Assembly (NCBI GenBank): GCA_030668875.1
Contig: DAOVER010000005.1
Coordinates: forward strand, 26,597 to 90,596
DNA length: 64,000 nt
Origin: Candidatus Heimdallarchaeota archaeon
GTDB lineage: Archaea > Asgardarchaeota > Heimdallarchaeia > Heimdallarchaeales > Heimdallarchaeaceae
Direction: 5' to 3'
Of the stretch, positions 57,712-64,000 are shown in pieces; positions within the stretch are counted from its first letter, which is position 1, and the number at the start of each line of letters is the position of its first letter. A program made the position numbers and the translations under genes. The notes beneath the pieces are model-generated. The model worked only from the letters and a program-made list of their open reading frames with translations. It ran no database searches and was not told the DNA's origin.

Positions 57712-58389
57712 ATGGAAATAAGCAAAGTAATAGAAGAAATTAATACCCTTTTGACAGTGTTATGCAAATATAACAAAGAAACAGATAAAGAACTTGCAAA
57801 AATTCAGTTCCCAAAAGGAGTTATCACATCTGTATACCAATATAAAATAGGAATGCCTTTCATAACAGATGAAGTTCTTCAAAGAAATTTAGCGTATCAT
57901 TGTATGTTAGATGATGTTTTTACTTGGTTACTAAGACATTTTGCATTTTATGCTGTAGTTAAGGAAATGGTAATTAAAATAGCAATTGCAAATATAGGAA
58001 ATATGATGGAAGCAATTACTCAACATATAGTAAAACAATTTCAAAGTGATAAACCAGTGGTTTTGTTTTCAAATATAATAGCGATACTATCAAAACGAAT
58101 CAACTGTTTAAGGAAAAGGAAAAAGGATAGGATAGGCACTCGTAAAGGACTCAGCAAACTAGTTAGTAATAAAATAATTACTAACAATTTAAAGAAGGAA
58201 GTTATGGGGGTATGGGGGGTAAGATGTAAACAGCATCTTGAATCTCTTAAGAAGAGAGAATTCAATATATACAATACAGATGATTATCGTGAAGCTATTA
58301 AAATATGGATAAATTTTAACAAACAGCTTTTTGAATCATGTGAAAAGGATTTGATAAAAGGCTCAGAAAATATTCTTCGAGGTTTTTAA
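57712..58389 (+). CDS. hypothetical protein
   Basis: 225-aa ORF co-oriented with the previous one. Confidence 0.3.
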   Translation: MEISKVIEEINTLLTVLCKYNKETDKELAKIQFPKGVITSVYQYKIGMPFITDEVLQRNLAYHCMLDDVFTWLLRHFAFYAVVKEMVIKIAIANIGNMMEAITQHIVKQFQSDKPVVLFSNIIAILSKRINCLRKRKKDRIGTRKGLSKLVSNKIITNNLKKEVMGVWGVRCKQHLESLKKREFNIYNTDDYREAIKIWINFNKQLFESCEKDLIKGSENILRGF

Positions 58390-58739
58390 GTCCTTTATAA
58401 AATAGTTTTTCCATCTCTATTTATGTTACTTACATCTTAGTGTAAGATAGAGCAAATAAGATACAAATAATCTATTACTTGCTAGAGCTATTCTTTGATT
58501 TGTATGTGTATCTTTTTTTATTATCAATCATTTTGATTAATCGATGAGTACCATCTATTTCTTTTACACTAGCTCTAGGTTTTTCCGTCATTAAATCCTC
58601 AAGATTCAATATTGCCATTCCCTTATCTTGTTTTGAAGCTTGTTTTGTTGCTATCTTTGGTATTGAATCTATTGCTCTTTCTATTTCATCTACCATATTC
58701 TCACAAACCCAATCTATACTAGTAGAACTTGTTTCTCTT

Positions 58740-59261
58740 TTGATTCATTGTATTACTTGGATATTCAATTTGAGATGCAGCAAGGGACAAAAATTTATTA
58801 TAATTGTCTTTCCCTTTTTACTCATGCCTCCTTCCAATGATTCTGAAGAACAAGTTAAAATTGGTGCAGATTTGTTATTGAAGGGTTGGGTGATGCTCAA
58901 TCGCGCATGTCCTACCTGTTATTTACCACTTTACAAAAAACAAGATAGAGTAGTTTGTGTGAAATGTAAGCAAGATTATGTTTTAGTTGATTCACCCTCG
59001 GAAATACCACAACAACAGAGAAATAATGCTCAACAGAAAGTGATCTCAGCTCCATATAGTAATTCTTCACCCCAATCCAATCTATCTTCACTTGACTTTT
59101 CGTCACTCCCTCCAGCATTGGTTGATACAGCTAAAATCTTACTTGAGAAAATAGAAATGCTCAATGTCCAATTAAAGGAAACAACTGATCCTAAAGAAAT
59201 CACGGATATTTCTAACTCTATTCGTTCTCTTGTTGATTCTATTCGTTCTCTGACTTCTTAG
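58740..59261 (+). CDS. zinc-ribbon protein resembling the Sjogren-syndrome/scleroderma autoantigen-1 (p27) family; true start possibly the internal Met near 58824
   Basis: LLLKGWVMLNRACPTCYLPLYKK...CVKC resembles the LL.GA.ML...CP.C..PLF motif. Confidence 0.35.
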   Translation: MIHCITWIFNLRCSKGQKFIIIVFPFLLMPPSNDSEEQVKIGADLLLKGWVMLNRACPTCYLPLYKKQDRVVCVKCKQDYVLVDSPSEIPQQQRNNAQQKVISAPYSNSSPQSNLSSLDFSSLPPALVDTAKILLEKIEMLNVQLKETTDPKEITDISNSIRSLVDSIRSLTS

Positions 59262-61719
59262 AATCTTGTTGAGGTTCAGGCCTTAGACTATCCAACTCCT
59301 CTTTTATTCCACTTAATTCTTTCTCTGCAGTTAGTTCATTATAATCAGCATAGATAAAATCGATAATGTCAGAAGCAATTTTTTCTCCTACTCCTCTTAT
59401 CTCAAAGAAATCTTCTCTGTTTGCAGTTACAATTCCTCTGAACGACCCAAAGTGTTTCAGTAATCGTCGAGAGATTTTATGCTCAATGTGAGGTAGTGCA
59501 GAAACTGCTTCTTCTAGTTGGATTTGTAATCCCAAGCCCTTTCTTTTACCGATAGATAATCTTCTTTTTCTTTCAACTTGTTCTCTTTTTGCAAAAGCAT
59601 ATAGCATTTCAGCTGTTTCTCTTTGATTCTTCGTATGGATTATAGGAATTCGAAAATCAGTAATCAAAGAGGTTAGTGCTCCAGATAAAGCATGAGGATG
59701 CAAGGTTGAACCATGAAGATTAAACTCTCCTTCAATTAATATAACTGGTTTAGCACAATTTTCTACAAGGATTTTTGTTTGAGAGAATAAACGTTTATCC
59801 ATAATAGATTTAACAAAATCATCTTGTGTCTTTCGCTCTACTATAACTTGGTCTGAACAGATATAATCGCCAATTTCTAATCTTTCGAAACCAAGGACAA
59901 CATCTTTTCTCATTAATTCTTTAATAACTGTAGAGTTCCTTTCCCTACTATCACAAATTATTTTTATTTCCCCTTCATCTGCTAATTCTTTGCTCTCATC
60001 AACGTTCTCGTCTTCAATAACTGACAGTGCTTCTACCGCTTCCTCTTTTTCTTCAATTTCTGTTTTTTTGGATGATTCTGTTTCCGCTTCTTTCAGAAAA
60101 TCAAGAATGCCTTTTTGTTGCTCCTTTTTCTTCATGGCTTTTACTGAGGGTGATTTTTCTAATTGTTTCACAATTTTCTTCATTTTCTGAGCCTGTCTCT
60201 TCGACGCCCACATATAAGCTACATCCCTAGTTCCTTCAGCTATCAACATTATTACCTTGCCCTCCTTTCTTCTACCTGTACGACCTTTTCTCTGAATCAA
60301 TCGTATAGCACTAGGAACGGCATCATAAAAAATAACAAGCTCACATTCACCAATATCTAATCCTTCTTCGGCAACACTTGTTGAAACAAGAACATTGTAT
60401 GTTCCATCACGGAATTCTTGCATAATTTCGATCTGTTTTTTCTGAGATAGCCCTTTTTCACCTTTCATTGATGATTGACCCACAAACCAGTGCGCATTTA
60501 TTCCTTCAATTTTATTTATTTCTTTACTGATTATTTTGGCAGCGACTCTGAAATGGGAGAAGATGAGTATTCTATTGTTAGCATTGTTTTCTACTTCTTC
60601 TTGGACTATTTCTTTCAATCGCTCTACTTTGGGATGAATTACCTTTTCCTCTTGTAATATGTGAACAGCTTCAACAACTTTTCTCATTTCATCAGAAAAC
60701 ATCATGTTCTTTAGAGCTCGACTCCCTCTTCCAAACTTAATTTCATTAATATGACCTTCTAGATATTTATTAAGGGAAGGAACACCTTGAGTCTCTATTA
60801 ATTCAATGGCGTGAGATATCCTAATCGAGTTCCCAACAAGAGCCATTGCTTTAAAAAAATCTGTTCTATCTTCATCAGGAGAACTAGAAAATTTCTCATT
60901 TACTCTTCCCCGTAATTTCAATAATTCTCGTCTAGGATTATTTCTAGGAACTGCTGAGTTAATAATGCCGAGCTCCTTTAATCCTTCTAAGATAATTTTA
61001 AAGAAGTCATTTAGTGTCGAGATTATCACACTAAATGCTTCAGAAAGAGGGATGATTTCCCAATTTTCTTGAATCTCGTGGATATATTGTTTAACATCAT
61101 CAGAGCTTTCATCTCTCATTTCCACATTGAAAGCCTTCAAATTTTCTTGTACCTCTTCAATCCTTTCAATATTAGCTCCTGGACTTGCAGTGATGCCAAG
61201 CAGAAGAGGATTTTTTGCCTTCAAGTTATATTGTTCAGCAATGAAAACGTAACTATGGTCACCAACAGCCTTATGAGCTTCATCTAGGCACATAAAAACG
61301 AAATCTTCAAGTTTTACTCTACGTTGGATGATATCGTTTTGAATAGTTTGAGGTGTACAGATGAATACTTGTCCCTCTTCCCAGATTTGTTTTCTTGTAC
61401 TGGGATCAGTTTGACCAGAGATTTGTATGATTTTATCTGAATCAATATTTAAAGAAGATCTAGTAGTTTGTTCATGTTGTTCAAGTAGTGGTTTAGTTGG
61501 AGCGCAAAATACAATTTTTCCCTCGGGAAATTTCTGAATGCGATGTGCAGCAATCATGATAAAAAGGATTGTTTTACCCAAACCCGTTGGTAAAATAACC
61601 AAAGAATTTTCCTTAACGCATGAAGCAAATAATGTCTGCTGGTACAATCTCGCTTCAATTTTATCAGGTTTAATCAGAGGATGGTTAATATATTCTGCTT
61701 GATCCATTGGAAACCACAA
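59239..61719 (-). CDS. hef: Hef-type helicase-nuclease (DEAH helicase + ERCC4/XPF nuclease + HhH2)
   Basis: LPTGLGKT, DEAH, a C-terminal ERCC4 pattern (ICDSRER...ERKT) and a terminal HhH. Confidence 0.85.
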   Translation of the reverse strand: MWFPMDQAEYINHPLIKPDKIEARLYQQTLFASCVKENSLVILPTGLGKTILFIMIAAHRIQKFPEGKIVFCAPTKPLLEQHEQTTRSSLNIDSDKIIQISGQTDPSTRKQIWEEGQVFICTPQTIQNDIIQRRVKLEDFVFMCLDEAHKAVGDHSYVFIAEQYNLKAKNPLLLGITASPGANIERIEEVQENLKAFNVEMRDESSDDVKQYIHEIQENWEIIPLSEAFSVIISTLNDFFKIILEGLKELGIINSAVPRNNPRRELLKLRGRVNEKFSSSPDEDRTDFFKAMALVGNSIRISHAIELIETQGVPSLNKYLEGHINEIKFGRGSRALKNMMFSDEMRKVVEAVHILQEEKVIHPKVERLKEIVQEEVENNANNRILIFSHFRVAAKIISKEINKIEGINAHWFVGQSSMKGEKGLSQKKQIEIMQEFRDGTYNVLVSTSVAEEGLDIGECELVIFYDAVPSAIRLIQRKGRTGRRKEGKVIMLIAEGTRDVAYMWASKRQAQKMKKIVKQLEKSPSVKAMKKKEQQKGILDFLKEAETESSKKTEIEEKEEAVEALSVIEDENVDESKELADEGEIKIICDSRERNSTVIKELMRKDVVLGFERLEIGDYICSDQVIVERKTQDDFVKSIMDKRLFSQTKILVENCAKPVILIEGEFNLHGSTLHPHALSGALTSLITDFRIPIIHTKNQRETAEMLYAFAKREQVERKRRLSIGKRKGLGLQIQLEEAVSALPHIEHKISRRLLKHFGSFRGIVTANREDFFEIRGVGEKIASDIIDFIYADYNELTAEKELSGIKEELDSLRPEPQQDSKKSENE

Positions 61720-61853
61720 TCATGTCATCGTACAATGATGGTTTTTTTACTATTTAAATTTTAATTGTTCTTTGTAATATATTCTCTTTTCTTAATTATT
61801 TTGCACAATTCTTATTAGGGGGGTACATTGAGAAGGATTGTGATTGCTTAGAA

Positions 61854-63350
61854 ATGGACAATGTTACTAACTCTTTGGCTTCATCAGATGCGTCTCTGAA
61901 GGTTCCAATTGTTCAACTTGTTAGTTCAATAGGAATAGGCACTTTCATGGCAACATTAGATGCTTCGATTGTTTTTATTATCACTAATCGGATAAAAGAG
62001 TTCTATGTCGTAACTCCAAACATCGTTCAATGGATAGTGTTAGCTTATCTGTTAGTGATGATGGCCTTTACTGTTATTGCAGGGGACTTAGGAGACAAGT
62101 ATAGTAATAAATTAGTCTTTCAGATTGGCATGGTAATTTTTGCTTTGGGGTCGCTGTTCTGTTACCTTGCTTTGAAATTTCTTGTTAATTCTATTCTTTG
62201 GTTGATTTTTGCTAGAATCATCCAAGCTTTTGGGGCAACAGGTATGGTTAGCAACAGCATGGCTTTAATTACTATGTTCACCACTAAAAAGAATCGAGGA
62301 ACAGCCGTAGGATTCAATAATCTACTCATATCAATTTCCGTAATATTAGGTCCCGTGCTTGGAGCAGTTATTGGTCAATACTGGGAAGTAGGGGGGGTTT
62401 TTCTTATCAATGTTCCAATTGGAATTGTGGGTTTCATAATGGTACATAGGAATATACCTAAAACAAAACCTTTAGAGAAAGGCAGAAAAGCAGATTACAT
62501 AGGATCTATACTGCTCGCAGCAGCTCTATCATCCTTAATATTGAGCGCCAGTTTATTTGTAGATATGGAATTATCAAGCTCAAATATCTGGGCAGCAGTT
62601 TGCCTAGGGATAGGTATTCTGCTTGTTCCTGTATTTCTTGTTTGGGAGAAAAGAGCTCCAAACCCATTAATTGATTTTAAATTGATTAAGAACAGGAAAA
62701 TTTCAATCGGATTATTTACAGCTATAACAAATCATCAAGGGTATATTGTTATTATATATCAGGTTAATCTTTTTCTATTATCATTAACTATTGTTCAAAA
62801 TGAAATCCAAGCTGGTTTGATAATTGCAGGATTACCAGTAGGGATGGCTATATTTGCAGCAATTTCAGGTAAACTGTCTAACACGATTGATGCTAGATAT
62901 CTTTGTACTGTAGCCATGTTTTGTGTTGCTGTGTGTTTAGGGATATTAGCTATATTCATTTCAGCAAGCGCCCCCACTTGGTTGTATGGGGTGATTTCCA
63001 CAATAATTGGAGTTTGTATTGGGTTGTTCCAGTCTCCTAATGCTAACTCTATTATGTCAGCAACGCCAAAAGAAAAACTAGGGATATCAAGTGGTCTTTT
63101 AGGGTTGACAACAAGCATAGCTATAAACTTAGGAATTGCTCTTTCAACCGCAATTTTAACATTTGTAACAACCTATCTTTCCAATTCAAATGGTTTGGAT
63201 CCTTTTGCTTCAAGCAATTATGCAATAGGGTTGAAATGGGTTTTTGCAATATTTGCGGTAGTCACAGCTGCAGGAGCAATCTTATCCTATTTCAGAGGTC
63301 CAGAAGACAGAAAAGAAGAAACACTAACTTTGCGGATGGATACAATATAG
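61854..63350 (+). CDS. MFS transporter (DHA2-like, 14 TMS)
   Basis: 14 hydrophobic segments with MFS motifs. Confidence 0.8.
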   Translation: MDNVTNSLASSDASLKVPIVQLVSSIGIGTFMATLDASIVFIITNRIKEFYVVTPNIVQWIVLAYLLVMMAFTVIAGDLGDKYSNKLVFQIGMVIFALGSLFCYLALKFLVNSILWLIFARIIQAFGATGMVSNSMALITMFTTKKNRGTAVGFNNLLISISVILGPVLGAVIGQYWEVGGVFLINVPIGIVGFIMVHRNIPKTKPLEKGRKADYIGSILLAAALSSLILSASLFVDMELSSSNIWAAVCLGIGILLVPVFLVWEKRAPNPLIDFKLIKNRKISIGLFTAITNHQGYIVIIYQVNLFLLSLTIVQNEIQAGLIIAGLPVGMAIFAAISGKLSNTIDARYLCTVAMFCVAVCLGILAIFISASAPTWLYGVISTIIGVCIGLFQSPNANSIMSATPKEKLGISSGLLGLTTSIAINLGIALSTAILTFVTTYLSNSNGLDPFASSNYAIGLKWVFAIFAVVTAAGAILSYFRGPEDRKEETLTLRMDTI

Positions 63351-63502
63351 GCTTTATATTATTGTTCTAACTAAAGAAACTTAGCGAACTTCTTAATATT
63401 CGTGTAAATAAACCGTTATAAGAAGACGACAAATAATTTTGAGTTAGTAACCACTCAATTTTTAAATTAAGAACAATCGTCCATTACGTCAAGGTGACTT
63501 AA

Positions 63503-64000
63503 TTGAGTAAACGTGACCCTAAATTACCAGAGCGAACATATGACCCGCAGAAACAAGATATTAATCTATTTAATTCTTGGCAAAAAGAGAAGTTATTTCA
63601 TTTCAATAAAGAATCGGGTAAGCCAATTTATAGCATTGATACTCCACCCCCTTATGCAAATGCCCCGTGGCATATGGGAGGAGCGATTCATTATAGTGGC
63701 ATCGATATGATTGCTCGTTATATGAGAATGAAAGGTCATGAAATTTTGTTTCCCATGTGCTTAGATCGCAATGGTTTGCCTATTGAAGTTCAAGCTGAAA
63801 AAGAATTCAGAGTTTCTATGCACGATATTTCACGTGAAGAGTTTCTAAGTATGTGCAAACAAATTCTAGACAGAGTAGGTGACATGATTTTGAACATCTG
63901 TAGGATTCTTGGATTTAGCAATAACTCATTTGAATGGGATGATGTGTATAAAACTGATCAGGAACAATATAGGGCACTCACACAGTCCACTTTCATTAAA
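63503..64000 (+). CDS. valS: valyl-tRNA synthetase, 5' portion (TTG start; continues past the window end)
   Basis: LPERTYDP...IDTPPPYANAPWHMGG...ARYMRMKGHEILFPMCLDRNGLPIEVQAEK matches the archaeal ValRS N-terminus. A TAA stop lies directly upstream of the TTG. Confidence 0.65.
   Translation, partial: MSKRDPKLPERTYDPQKQDINLFNSWQKEKLFHFNKESGKPIYSIDTPPPYANAPWHMGGAIHYSGIDMIARYMRMKGHEILFPMCLDRNGLPIEVQAEKEFRVSMHDISREEFLSMCKQILDRVGDMILNICRILGFSNNSFEWDDVYKTDQEQYRALTQSTFIK

Noticed and set aside
63513-63710. 65-aa ORF from the track
   Set aside because: Out of frame with the valS reading frame, which starts at TTG 63503 and carries clear ValRS motifs.
1-64000. CRISPR arrays, reverse transcriptases (retron/DGR) and integrases
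   Set aside because: No direct-repeat/spacer periodicity, RT motifs (YxDD) or tyrosine/serine recombinase genes were seen anywhere in the window.

Overview
This is an AT-rich archaeal chromosomal window (about one-third GC by eye). It is dominated by a minus-strand ribosomal-protein superoperon (S17 through L15, ~55740 down to 46809) and its SecY-distal extension (DUF106, L34e, Cmk, L14e, Cbf5). A second r-protein operon (S13-S4-S11), a family-B DNA polymerase, RadA, Hef and a preQ0/archaeosine precursor cluster (QueE-FolE2-x-QueD-QueC) are on the plus strand. Several eukaryote-like signature proteins are present: a Ras-like small GTPase, a UBC-fold E2, a gelsolin-like domain protein and tandem C2H2 zinc-finger arrays. 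Together with the low GC, these point to an Asgard, Lokiarchaeia-like, archaeon (inference). The most unusual observations follow. (1) Two SecY paralogs are both inverted relative to the r-protein superoperon. One sits at the canonical post-L15 position and the other is wedged between L6 and L32e, and the two share patches of near-identical DNA. (2) r-proteins S4 and L24 each carry an almost identical C-terminal helix-hairpin-helix module; S4 also has a Lys-rich KPEVKKETPK tandem repeat. (3) Cbf5 is interrupted by a ~500-aa LAGLIDADG intein. (4) C2H2 zinc-finger genes sit where rpoD normally follows S11. (5) A small GC-rich IS481-like insertion with 17-bp direct repeats lies beside a PLD-nuclease/Zn-ribbon operon and a NERD protein. 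Also present: two tRNAs (Ser-GGA, and Ile-GAU with a 31-nt canonical intron) and an S14 gene missed by the ORF track.
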